Shown here: positions 23,908-32,000 of the stretch, in pieces | How positions within the stretch are numbered: the first letter of the stretch is position 1 | How the letters are laid out: every line of letters begins with the position of its first letter | Origin: Pyrodictium delaneyi | GTDB lineage: Archaea; Thermoproteota; Thermoprotei_A; Sulfolobales; Pyrodictiaceae | Assembly: GCF_001412615.1 (NCBI RefSeq) | Contig: NZ_CP013011.1 | Coordinates: 150,001-182,000, forward strand | Length of the DNA stretch: 32,000 bases | Direction: 5' to 3' | Made by a program: the position numbers and the translations under genes | Notes under the pieces: generated by a model | Database searches by the model: none | Seen by the model: the letters and a program-made list of their open reading frames with translations, nothing else | What the model was told of the DNA's origin: nothing

Positions 23908-24519
23908 CTACAGCTCTCTATTCACTGACTTGTAACGCTCCCGGAGAACAGCGAGCAAGCGCTCACGGTTAGGCTCTAGATCTAGCCTCGTGAACACCAT
24001 GTCCCTGCCATAGCCGATCACACGGCCGCCCAGCTTGTCCACCATAATTCTCCTCATTGCTATGTTTCCGGGGTCGAAGTAGGCTTCAAGGGCATGGTAC
24101 CCCTTCTCTAGCAGACAAAGCGCTAACAGCGCGGTTAGCGTTGTGCCGAGCCCCTTGCCCTGGAGGTCGTCTCGGACGACTATGCCAAGCTCGGCTATAC
24201 CACGTATACCGGTATCATACGCTTCAGCGCTGGCCACAGCCTCTCCGTCCCGGAGCCCTATTATTATTATCCTAGCATTGGATAGTATGTCGTTGACCAC
24301 TGGCTCCCAGTACTTGATAGGCCTCAGAAACCTTAACAACACGGTATCGAGACTAAGCTTCTGAAAGAGACCAAGCAGCAGATCACGTGCATCCTCGCCG
24401 GGAGATGATATCCCGACAGTGCTTCCGTCCTTGAGGGTAGCGTTACCTGGCACGAAGCTGCACACGAGCCTCTCTTGCCCATTCAAGGGGCTCCTTCTCC
24501 TCCAGACACCGTATAGCAT
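23908..24519 (-). CDS. GNAT-family N-acetyltransferase, Pat-like (protein lysine acetyltransferase type)
   Basis: 203 aa. GNAT motif A: IVVRDDLQGKGLGTTLTALLAL. LSLDTVLLRFL and EAYFDPGNIAMRRIMVDKLGG resemble the GNAT domain of Pat/YfiQ-type protein acetyltransferases (archaeal Pat acetylates Alba). The start codon is uncertain because in-frame TTG and GTG codons lie downstream. Confidence 0.7.
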   Translation of the reverse strand: MLYGVWRRRSPLNGQERLVCSFVPGNATLKDGSTVGISSPGEDARDLLLGLFQKLSLDTVLLRFLRPIKYWEPVVNDILSNARIIIIGLRDGEAVASAEAYDTGIRGIAELGIVVRDDLQGKGLGTTLTALLALCLLEKGYHALEAYFDPGNIAMRRIMVDKLGGRVIGYGRDMVFTRLDLEPNRERLLAVLRERYKSVNREL

Positions 24520-24763
24520 ATCAAGCCAAGCCCTAATTTAAAGCCAAGCCATCGTTGTATCATCTGAGAGAAACTCCTAGACCATAAAGACACGATGAGT
24601 AGGATGAATCGGAAACGATGCTAGAGATTCAAGATAATTTTGGGATGGAGGGTTTAACTGTAATATTTGTAGTTTGATGATAAAGACGTGAGCCAAAACT
24701 TGATAAATGGCGTGGGCTGAGCTATGTCTCTTGTTTCGCATCGATGTATTGCAAGAATTGGGC

Positions 24764-24913
24764 TTAGTGATCTATTCTCGGTCTTTTCCTAGACAATATT
24801 GCTATAGCTATTACTATAGGTATAGCCACCATGGTGGTCAACGTAATGTAGTTTATTTGGTTGCCTGAACTCTCTATGATGTTGCTATCTAGAACTGTCA
24901 ACTGGATTTTCAT
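24764..24913 (-). CDS. candidate 49-aa small membrane protein (below the ORF-track length cutoff)
   Basis: Own translation: MKIQLTVLDSNIIESSGNQINYITLTTMVAIPIVIAIAILSRKRPRIDH. Its ATG overlaps the TGA stop of the upstream gene (ATGA at 24910-24913). It has a C-terminal TM helix followed by a basic tail. It lies in AT-rich DNA, so a chance ORF is possible. Confidence 0.3.
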   Translation of the reverse strand: MKIQLTVLDSNIIESSGNQINYITLTTMVAIPIVIAIAILSRKRPRIDH

Positions 24914-25512
24914 CTCGACCCCATGTGATCCATGGAGGTCTCGACCTTCTTTAGGAACCCGGTAGCAGCGTCGTAGACGGCCATGCTGGATGTGGTCTCG
25001 CTCTCTAGCATGATGCGTATCTCGTTGTCCAGCCTCTCTACTCTTGCACCTTTTCGCTCAAGGCTGTTGGCCATCTCGTTAAGCTTGCTTAGTGGACAGT
25101 AGAGCGGAACCTCGTTGGCGCCACCGTCACCCGGTATGAAGCAGTCATCATACCTAGCCGTATACTCCAATACCTGCTCGCCCTTCATGCTCTCTACTAG
25201 GCTAGCTAGTTGTTGGCGCGCTTCTTCGGGTTTTACCTTGATGCTTGTTATCTTGCTTGCTATTCTTACTCGGAAACTCTCATCACCGGTCTCTATGATT
25301 TCCAGTCTTACCTTGCCAGAGGCATCGAGATACACCTTCTGGCCGTTGTGGTACGCGCTAAGCCCGAGATCTAGCTGGTACTCGATGTACCTTCCTTGCT
25401 GGGCCCAGCCTGGTGTTGCATGAGAAACCGTTGTTGCTAAGAGTAGGAGCAACAACACTGAAAGAAGGACATGTGCCAGTCTATCTATATCATGCAAGAT
25501 TTGATCAGACAC
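24910..25512 (-). CDS. hypothetical secreted or membrane-anchored protein
   Basis: 200 aa. The N-terminal hydrophobic segment HVLLSVLLLLLLATTVSHATPG acts as a signal peptide or anchor. By eye it shares motifs with the 6309..6830 product. Confidence 0.5.
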   Translation of the reverse strand: MSDQILHDIDRLAHVLLSVLLLLLLATTVSHATPGWAQQGRYIEYQLDLGLSAYHNGQKVYLDASGKVRLEIIETGDESFRVRIASKITSIKVKPEEARQQLASLVESMKGEQVLEYTARYDDCFIPGDGGANEVPLYCPLSKLNEMANSLERKGARVERLDNEIRIMLESETTSSMAVYDAATGFLKKVETSMDHMGSR

Positions 25513-25593
25513 ACCACTATGCCATGTAAGTAGGTAGCAGCTAGTACAGGTAGTCTAGACACCAGCACACTGGTATATAGCTGCTATGGAGTC

Positions 25594-26331
25594 CTAGCTG
25601 TTCGGAAAAAGCGGGGCATGTACGTATAATGGCAACCCGGTGGCCCGACTCCTAGCTATGAGTGGCACGAGCCTTGCACCTAGCTCGCTTAGCCATGCCT
25701 CGAGACGCTCTGTCGACACAACGACGTCAGCTACAGCAGCTTCGCAGCCGCTGCCTCGGCAGAATAGCCTCCCGTCCATGCATGGCTCTACCCCGGTTGC
25801 CTCTACAGTATAGGTTGCTAGCGGGTGGATAGGTGGAGGTACGAGTGGGGGTAGGAGGAGCAACATACGTATCCAATTGGCCTGGTGTTGCGTCGACGTA
25901 CCCTCAACTGTGTGAGCCTCTACGGGGAACACTGCTTCCCCGTGTATAGCCTCTAGTGTCTCGCGTCGGGCGCCTAAGAGGTGCTCAAGTCTATAGGCTA
26001 TGGTTGCTAGCGTGTCTGAGTCGTGGTAGTACAGCTCGGCCATTACTGTGCCTTTTCTGCACTTCGATAGCAGTACCAGGCCGCCGGCTTCGGCGAGGCA
26101 GGCGTCTCGGAGCTGGATTCTCCCTGCGAAGATCCCTCCAGCCATGAGCCCGTGGAGTCGCCCACCGTAGGCCAGGTCGCCGCCTGCAGCATAGGGGACA
26201 CGTGTCGGTACAGCTGTGGTTGCTGCGACTAGCTGCTCCTCAGCCATACCCGGTGGCCCGTATGGTAGTGTATGTTGGCCAGGGACACCTATATCTAGGG
26301 GTCGTGGTGTAACGACGTAGTGCAGCAGCAT
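25594..26331 (-). CDS. hypothetical protein with a C-terminal Cys cluster (no recognisable family)
   Basis: 245 aa. It has the Gly-rich segment AAGGDLAYGGRLHGLMAGGIFAGRIQL and the cluster CMDGRLFCRGSGC. It is divergent from the MoxR-module operon across a 110-bp spacer. Confidence 0.5.
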   Translation of the reverse strand: MLLHYVVTPRPLDIGVPGQHTLPYGPPGMAEEQLVAATTAVPTRVPYAAGGDLAYGGRLHGLMAGGIFAGRIQLRDACLAEAGGLVLLSKCRKGTVMAELYYHDSDTLATIAYRLEHLLGARRETLEAIHGEAVFPVEAHTVEGTSTQHQANWIRMLLLLPPLVPPPIHPLATYTVEATGVEPCMDGRLFCRGSGCEAAVADVVVSTERLEAWLSELGARLVPLIARSRATGLPLYVHAPLFPNS

Positions 26332-26441
26332 CTAAGGCCCATTAGCCTCACCGTTATGATTACAACTCCATTAGTCGTCGAGGGATACAGACTCTAGAGC
26401 CTTACAACCGGATAGCGATATACGGGGCGTGGCATACAACC

Positions 26442-29400
26442 ATGCATCTTCGGGATAGCCGACGCGTTACGGCACTAACACTACTTGTACTGGTGCTGCT
26501 ATCAGTCCTCATCCCCGCTCTACCGGCCCATGCACAATCATCAACAGACCTAGCCGATCAACTCCGTAGACTGCTCGAGCAGCTCTACAACAACACGATC
26601 AACTATAGTGAGGCAGTCCAGCTCTACCAGGATATAGCCTCATGCTCGCAGCCTCCGCTCTCGGACAAAGCTGCTAGGACAGCAAAGGTTCTAGAGGAGG
26701 CGGCCCAGGGTCGAGTCACGACCCAGCTAGTCAAGGAGACATTGTTAGACTACGTGTACTCGGCGGGAGAGAACATAGACGCCTTCGCGGGCTGTAGCTC
26801 CAGTCTAGTTTACCGGAGCATCCTGCTAGCATTCTCTGTCCCAACACCTGCTGGGCTCCTCCCCGCCTCCCTGCCCACAGACACCATGAGCCAGACTGCG
26901 ATGCAGCTAGCCTACGAGATAGTGTACAGACTCACCGGGAGCAGCGAGCTAGCGACAAGGGCAGCAAGTATAGCCCGTGCGGACCCCTACGCTGGCCTAC
27001 TCCTGGTCGGGCTCGCTGGCCGCCCAGACCAGGACTTCTGGACAACCATAGCCACGAATACCACTAGCCGCAGCGGCCTCTGCCTCGTATACTCGCTTGC
27101 CTCGACAGACGTCATACCCTCAGACACAGCGGTTGCAGCCCTCGCTGCCGTGGCAGGGGCGGCCTACGCCTATGGCCCCGGAGAAGTATTGTCGAAAGCA
27201 GCCCATATGCTCGAGACGGGCGACCTCATATGCTATGCAGCCACCGTGAACTTGTTAGACGCAGCGTACCGCGGCTACGTTGACAGACTCCTCCCCCTCT
27301 ACACGCTCCCCGAGGGCCTAGAGCCACCCGAGGCCCCAGTAGTAGGGGGCCTCGACGCAGCCCGACTAGCCGGCGCACTTGCTGCAAGGGAAGGGCATGA
27401 GCCTAGCATCCTACTCGCAGCCCTGGCCAGGATACAGGGCAGGCTTGTGGCTAGCCCCTCCGGGCTAGCAGCGGTCATGCGGGCCCATAATGCCTCTATT
27501 CCGTCGTTGCCCAGCGGGAGTAGCTACTGTACAGTTTTCGAGGCTGCTGTGAGGAGCATCCTCGACCCCGACGTAACAGAGACCCAAGCAGCGTGGAGCG
27601 TCGCTGCTGCGGCGGCGAGCCTCTGCTACGCCGATACCGGGTCCCCCGAGCCGCTGATAGCCCTACTCCTCTTCCAGCCCTTTACGGCCCCCGACCCGTG
27701 GCTGTTAGCCGAGGGCATCAAGCGCCAGGCTAGCCAGAACGGTGACCAGGCCTTCGCCGGCTATGCCTCGAAGGTATCCCAGCTCGCGTGGGAGGGGAGG
27801 CTGGAGGAAGCAGCAAGTGTAGAGCCCGAGGGGCCTCCTGAGACCCGTCTAGCATACATACTGTTCTCGGCTGCTGTAGCAGGGCTACAGGAAGGATTCA
27901 ATCCCCTTGTGGTCAACGTGGACAATTCTACTGCTTTAGCCTTGCTCGAGGCGGCTGGTTTCGAGTCGCCCCGGGACGCAGTCCTAGTAGTGCTGGACCC
28001 GGCCCGAGTGATGGAAGAGATTGTGAAGAGTAATACTACGTCACTGGAGCAGTTAGGAGCCCTCGCCCGAGCGGCCTCGATACGGCCCCTCCACGGGGGC
28101 TACGTTCTCGACTATGCCGACGTACGCGTGGTGTCCTGGACTATAGTCCACATGTACTCCTGGCTCCGCGATGGCTACGAGTTACCGCCTCCAGGCCAGC
28201 CTCCCGGCGGGGATACGCTACTATCCTGGGCTCTGGGCTACCTGACTACCATGCAGCCGCCGGCCAAGCCGGCTGGGGACGCCGGAGAGGGTCAGCATGT
28301 GGCCATAACGAACACAACAACTGTGGAGGGAGAGCCTAGCACGACTAGCAATACTACAGCAAATAGTGAGGCTAGCGCGCCCGTTAACGCCACGGATATA
28401 GGGGTGGCATCGCCCGAGATAGAGCAGCTCGCCCGACAGCTAGAAAGCCTAGCTGACATGCTCCGCACGGTGCCTGGTAACGATACAGCTAGGCAGGCTC
28501 AGGCTGAAGCAATAGCGGAGCTGCTAGACCAGATAGCCCAGAGCATACGCGAAGGAGACTACGCCTCCGCGGTAGCCGCTAGCCAGCAGCTACAACAGAT
28601 GCTAGAGGAGACAACAGGTAGTGATGTACTGCAGCTACTCCAGCTAGCCCAGCTTCTCCGAAACGATACAAGCTCCTGGGATGTAGCCCAAATTCTGGCC
28701 AAGGCGGCTAGCCTCAGGCTAGAGAACAGCACAGTGTCGATAGACCTAGGGGAGATGAGCCAGCTAACCGACCTCCTCGCCACGACTGGGCAGCAGAGTC
28801 TTCTAAACGAGCTAGAGAGAGCTGTAACAAGTGGAGAGGCCGAGAAAGTCGCAGACATAATAGAGACGATAGCTAGTAGAGGCGGCGAAGAACAGCTCCG
28901 TGAGGCCATCAGGATTCTCGCCGAGGAGAGCGGTGCCGGCGAAGAAGTGGCAAGGATCTTAGAGATAAGAGGGCTTGGAGACTTGGCAGCCCAGCTCTAC
29001 CAGGTCCTTGGAGGCCAGACGCCCCAAGCGGTAGCAGGTACAGCCCAGGAGGCCGTAGAGCTGCCAGTCTCCGGCAGCTATACTGCTGGCTCACAGGCAT
29101 CGAATGCTACGGTGTACCAGTCTCCAAGCCTCCCCAAGCTCCCGCCAGCGCCTAGTCTCCCTAGCAACCTCCCAGGCTTAGCTGGGCTCGGCTTCCTAGC
29201 AGCACCACTACTCCTTGCAGGTCTAGCACTACTAGCGGCTACCCGGTACCGGGAGATAATGGCTCTCGTTGCCCGCGTAAGGCTCGCAAGGCTAGAACGC
29301 CGTCTAGCATCCTCAGTGGCTGGAGACGCTAGGCCCCGGGAGGCACGAAGAGTAATAGTGGAGGCGTTTAGCCAGATCCTCCGCCTCTATGAGGCCGTCT

Positions 29401-29642
29401 ATGCGCCCCGAGCGGTTAGCGAGACGCACCGCGAGTATGCTGGGAAGCTGCCCGTGGAGGAGAAGACGCGTTACATCCCGGCGGCGATGGTCTACGAGAA
29501 GGCAAAGTTCAGTAACGAGCCGGTTAGCGGTCGCGACGTGGAGACTCTGCAGAGGATTCTATCCGAGATAAGACGCGTCATAGGAGCGCTGGATAATGCG
29601 AAGAGTGGTATGAAGAGGAAGCTGCTAGGTGGCAGGAAGTGA
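26442..29642 (+). CDS. large secreted glycoprotein-like protein with a C-terminal TM anchor and a cytoplasmic DUF4129-like tail
   Basis: 1066 aa. Signal peptide MHLRDSRRVTALTLLVLVLLSVLIPALPAHA|QSS. The Ala-rich helical ectodomain of about 900 aa carries many NxS/T sequons and a Thr/Asn linker (NTTTVEGEPSTTSNTTANSEASAPVNAT). A coiled-coil-like Q/L/E-rich stretch and a Pro-rich PSLPKLPPAPSLPSNLP segment follow. The TM is GLGFLAAPLLLAGLALLAAT followed by RYR. The tail EARRVIVEAFSQILRLYEAVYAPRAVSETHREYAGKLP...AAMVYEKAKFSNEPVS fits the DUF4129 pattern (..tp.E....l.....ye.arys..p). Confidence 0.8.
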   Translation: MHLRDSRRVTALTLLVLVLLSVLIPALPAHAQSSTDLADQLRRLLEQLYNNTINYSEAVQLYQDIASCSQPPLSDKAARTAKVLEEAAQGRVTTQLVKETLLDYVYSAGENIDAFAGCSSSLVYRSILLAFSVPTPAGLLPASLPTDTMSQTAMQLAYEIVYRLTGSSELATRAASIARADPYAGLLLVGLAGRPDQDFWTTIATNTTSRSGLCLVYSLASTDVIPSDTAVAALAAVAGAAYAYGPGEVLSKAAHMLETGDLICYAATVNLLDAAYRGYVDRLLPLYTLPEGLEPPEAPVVGGLDAARLAGALAAREGHEPSILLAALARIQGRLVASPSGLAAVMRAHNASIPSLPSGSSYCTVFEAAVRSILDPDVTETQAAWSVAAAAASLCYADTGSPEPLIALLLFQPFTAPDPWLLAEGIKRQASQNGDQAFAGYASKVSQLAWEGRLEEAASVEPEGPPETRLAYILFSAAVAGLQEGFNPLVVNVDNSTALALLEAAGFESPRDAVLVVLDPARVMEEIVKSNTTSLEQLGALARAASIRPLHGGYVLDYADVRVVSWTIVHMYSWLRDGYELPPPGQPPGGDTLLSWALGYLTTMQPPAKPAGDAGEGQHVAITNTTTVEGEPSTTSNTTANSEASAPVNATDIGVASPEIEQLARQLESLADMLRTVPGNDTARQAQAEAIAELLDQIAQSIREGDYASAVAASQQLQQMLEETTGSDVLQLLQLAQLLRNDTSSWDVAQILAKAASLRLENSTVSIDLGEMSQLTDLLATTGQQSLLNELERAVTSGEAEKVADIIETIASRGGEEQLREAIRILAEESGAGEEVARILEIRGLGDLAAQLYQVLGGQTPQAVAGTAQEAVELPVSGSYTAGSQASNATVYQSPSLPKLPPAPSLPSNLPGLAGLGFLAAPLLLAGLALLAATRYREIMALVARVRLARLERRLASSVAGDARPREARRVIVEAFSQILRLYEAVYAPRAVSETHREYAGKLPVEEKTRYIPAAMVYEKAKFSNEPVSGRDVETLQRILSEIRRVIGALDNAKSGMKRKLLGGRK

Positions 29643-31009
29643 TAGGTCTCAAAGGGTTTCTAGCAGGATTGTCACTAGTAGCTCTCGTAGCCGCTATACT
29701 ATCCGCTCCAAAGGTGGTCAAGCTAGGCTCTATGCCCGAGTTGCGAGCCGGCTCGCCGGGCGATGCAGGACCCCAAGGACACTCGCTACTAGCTAGACTC
29801 CTTGAGGACAGAGGCTACCAAGTCTCCTATGATGTCGAGCCGCCGCTAGACTGGCAAGGCTCTGTGGTCTACTTCATAGCAGGGCCTACAGATTGTAATG
29901 CTGAGGTAGTCAAGGAGGTAGCAGAGAATGCCAAAGCACTTGCAGCAATAGGACTGCGCGTAGGTATAATAGTGGCTGACGAGGGCGCGTGTGCCCAACA
30001 TCTACTAGGCATGCTAGGTGCACCTACCATAGGGCTTTCACCTGGGCCACAGAATGAGCCATGGCTAGCACTGTACCAGGATCAAGGCGTGATATTCGCA
30101 ATGTATACTGCATCCATAATCACGTATATCGCATCGACACCTAATGGTGGAGAATGGCAACAGACAGCTGTGACGCTGTATCCTCGTGGATTCCCGGCAA
30201 TACTTGAATGGAATAGTAGCTTAAGAGTAGTCTATATACCGGATAGCCACGTTTTCAATAACATGGTACTAGGGGCGGCTAATGAGACGGGGCTGGGTAA
30301 CGCGGAGCTAGCAGTAACGCTTGTCGAGAAGCTAGGCGGCAACAATGCTATCGTTCTTATGCCTTTAGGTTTCTATCAACTCGTAAACCCTAGCATCCCC
30401 CTCTTAGCCTACATACACCCTGGCATGCTTATTCTCCGGGCTGTAGAGAGGTTATCCGGCTTCGAGGCTATGGTAATCGAGTCAATGATGATGAATCCGC
30501 TTGCAGCAACAGTGCTGGTTATAGGAGTAATGTCTGTGCTCTACATGGCTTTTGCACAGATGACAGGTAAAGACTGGGTTGAGGAAAGGCCTCCACAGCA
30601 GCCCGAACCGTCCCGGGTACTCGGTGCCTCCCCCGTGCTTGAGAAGCTACAGAAAGGCGTAAAGCTTACACGGGAGGAGGCTCGTCAAGCGCTTGCAACT
30701 CTCTACGAAGTGGTTGACGAGGCTCTACGGCTACGGCTCGGTGCTGGGTTGAGAGAGGTGCTTGAGAACCCTGGGCTCCTCGAGAGCGTAACACGTGGAG
30801 CCGGGATAGACTATGAACGGGTTCTCGAGGGGCTCAAGGAGCTGTACCGGCTCTACGATGTTAAGATTAGAGCTAGACGGCTCTTTCCGCTCGTATTTTC
30901 CTGGAGGCGTAGGCTATACTACGTGCTTGAGCGTGTAGAGCCTCTACTCGAAACTATGGGCGTAGGGCTAGCGGAGGTAAGGAGTATTGAGTACAGCTTC
31001 ACCCGTTAG
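29639..31009 (+). CDS. two-anchor membrane protein, DUF4350-like extracellular domain plus cytoplasmic helical tail
   Basis: 456 aa. The GTG start overlaps the upstream stop (GTGA, 29639-29642). N-terminal [19 protein letters not shown]. The ecto part begins [18 protein letters not shown], like the DUF4350 opening (G.sal..lL...G..v). A second hydrophobic segment is [21 protein letters not shown], followed by a roughly 150-aa charged helical C-terminus. Confidence 0.6.
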   Translation: MIGLKGFLAGLSLVALVAAILSAPKVVKLGSMPELRAGSPGDAGPQGHSLLARLLEDRGYQVSYDVEPPLDWQGSVVYFIAGPTDCNAEVVKEVAENAKALAAIGLRVGIIVADEGACAQHLLGMLGAPTIGLSPGPQNEPWLALYQDQGVIFAMYTASIITYIASTPNGGEWQQTAVTLYPRGFPAILEWNSSLRVVYIPDSHVFNNMVLGAANETGLGNAELAVTLVEKLGGNNAIVLMPLGFYQLVNPSIPLLAYIHPGMLILRAVERLSGFEAMVIESMMMNPLAATVLVIGVMSVLYMAFAQMTGKDWVEERPPQQPEPSRVLGASPVLEKLQKGVKLTREEARQALATLYEVVDEALRLRLGAGLREVLENPGLLESVTRGAGIDYERVLEGLKELYRLYDVKIRARRLFPLVFSWRRRLYYVLERVEPLLETMGVGLAEVRSIEYSFTR

Positions 31010-31940
31010 TACAATAGCTAGGCTAGCCGAGAGGGTTACCAGCGAGGTATCAAAAGTAGTCTATGGGTTAGAGGAGGAGCTACGCATAATTCTCGCAGCT
31101 CTGCTGGCTGGAGGACATGTGCTCCTGGAGGGTGTCCCAGGTGTCGCGAAAACAACACTAGCCAAGGCGCTCGCTTCCAGCATGAAGCTGGAGTTCAAAA
31201 GGATACAGTTCACTCCTGATCTCCTTCCTAGCGACATAATCGGCACGATGGTCTATGACCAGAGGAGTGGCGAGTTTCGGCTCCGCCGCGGCCCCGTGTT
31301 CACCAATATACTCCTTGCAGACGAGATCAACCGCGCCTCGCCTAGAACCCAGAGTGCATTGCTGGAAGCGATGCAGGAGCGGCAGGTAACCATAGAAGGG
31401 CAGACCCTCAGTCTCCCCGAGCCGTTCCTCGTCATAGCCACCCAGAACCCGATAGAGCTTGAGGGCACATTTCCTCTACCCGAGGCGCAGATAGACAGGT
31501 TCCTCGTCAAAGTAGTCATCCCGATGCCTGGCAGAGAAGTCCTGCGAAGGATACTCCGCGGCCTCGAGACTATCGAGAGCTGGCCGGTCGAGCCAGTAGC
31601 AAGCAGGGAAGACGTAGTAGAAGCCCGAAAGGCCATATGGAGCGTAGAGGTCAGTGATCCGGTCCTAGACTACATCATAGACCTAGTAGAGGAGACCCAT
31701 CGCCATCCCGACGTGAGACTCGGCGCAGGCCCTCGAGCAGCCATTGCACTACAGCAGGTGGCGCGTGCCCTTGCAGCCATGGAGGGCCGGAGCTACGTTA
31801 TACCCGATGATGTGAAGACTGCAGCGCGTTACGTGCTAGTACACAGGATTATACTCAAGCCCGAAGCCGAGGCCGAGGGACGCCGTCCTGAAGATGTATT
31901 GGACACAATACTATCCAAGGTGCCGGTTCCCGTTCCCTAG
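30987..31940 (+). CDS. MoxR-family AAA+ ATPase
   Basis: 317 aa. Walker A: [18 protein letters not shown]. Walker B and sensor region: [31 protein letters not shown]. Then [24 protein letters not shown] and the C-terminal lid [12 protein letters not shown]...YVIPDDVK. All are canonical MoxR (AAA_3) features. The TTG start overlaps the upstream gene by 23 nt. Confidence 0.9.
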   Translation: MSTASPVSTIARLAERVTSEVSKVVYGLEEELRIILAALLAGGHVLLEGVPGVAKTTLAKALASSMKLEFKRIQFTPDLLPSDIIGTMVYDQRSGEFRLRRGPVFTNILLADEINRASPRTQSALLEAMQERQVTIEGQTLSLPEPFLVIATQNPIELEGTFPLPEAQIDRFLVKVVIPMPGREVLRRILRGLETIESWPVEPVASREDVVEARKAIWSVEVSDPVLDYIIDLVEETHRHPDVRLGAGPRAAIALQQVARALAAMEGRSYVIPDDVKTAARYVLVHRIILKPEAEAEGRRPEDVLDTILSKVPVPVP

Positions 31941-32000
31941 TCAAGCCTGCATAGATACCTTATAGGTTCTATAATCTGGGGGCGGCAAGGGTATTGATCG

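Noticed and set aside
24675-24720. C/D-box sRNA-like arrangement: TGATGA (24675-24680) ... GTGA ... TGATAA ... CTGA (24717-24720)
   Set aside because: The box-to-box spacers are about 7 and 10 nt rather than the roughly 12 nt typical of archaeal C/D sRNAs. The internal boxes are non-canonical, no terminal stem can form, and the total span (46 nt) is short. It is probably a chance occurrence in AT-rich DNA.
28559-29100. Minus-strand ORFs 28559..28909 and 28909..29100, and the + alternate-frame ORF 29389..29571, inside the 1066-aa gene
   Set aside because: These are shadow frames of a long, well-structured ORF. Their translations are low-complexity.
1-32000. Scan for CRISPR arrays, IS elements and long direct or inverted repeats
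   Set aside because: Reading both strands, I found no regularly spaced 24-37-nt repeats and no transposase or Cas-like products in any frame. Only short repeats of 10 nt or less were found, and these are reported separately. An exhaustive repeat search needs a computation I cannot run.

Overview
The window reads as chromosomal DNA from a hyperthermophilic crenarchaeon, probably Desulfurococcales or Pyrodictiaceae-like. This rests on a stand-alone archaeal-type 5S rRNA with a TATA box about 27 nt upstream, an all-G:C-stem tRNA-Gly, an RtcB plus archease pair, dense NxS/T sequons in the secreted proteins, and frequent GTG/TTG starts. It is gene-dense, with about 33 CDS, and mostly housekeeping or transport: a DRG-like GTPase (partial), MATE efflux, HAD phosphatase, S9 peptidase, cyclase/formamidase, TrkH, NOL1/NOP2/Sun RNA m5C methyltransferase, SirC-like dehydrogenase, ferritin-like-VIT1 iron transporter, SAM methyltransferase and a Pat-like GNAT. 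I saw no CRISPR array, transposase, integrase or obvious mobile element. Three regions deserve attention. (1) 26442-31940 and beyond is a translationally coupled operon. It encodes a 1066-aa signal-peptide glycoprotein ending in one TM helix and a DUF4129-like cytoplasmic tail, then a two-anchor DUF4350-like membrane protein, then a MoxR AAA+ ATPase. The expected DUF58/vWA partner is cut off by the window end. This is my best candidate for an uncharacterised envelope-spanning system. (2) 2955-5477 encodes a membrane-anchored protein with a coiled-coil stalk of roughly 200 aa fused to a clostripain-type (C11) cysteine peptidase. Its stalk-coding DNA is visibly AT-richer than the rest of the gene. 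(3) 7994-12071 is an RNA end-healing and sealing neighbourhood: tRNA-Gly, ThpR/LigT 2H phosphoesterase, an MJ1316/DUF504-like RNA cyclic-end recognition protein co-oriented with a flavin-reductase-like gene, RtcB and archease. All functional calls come from reading the supplied translations and the sequence by eye. No database search was run.
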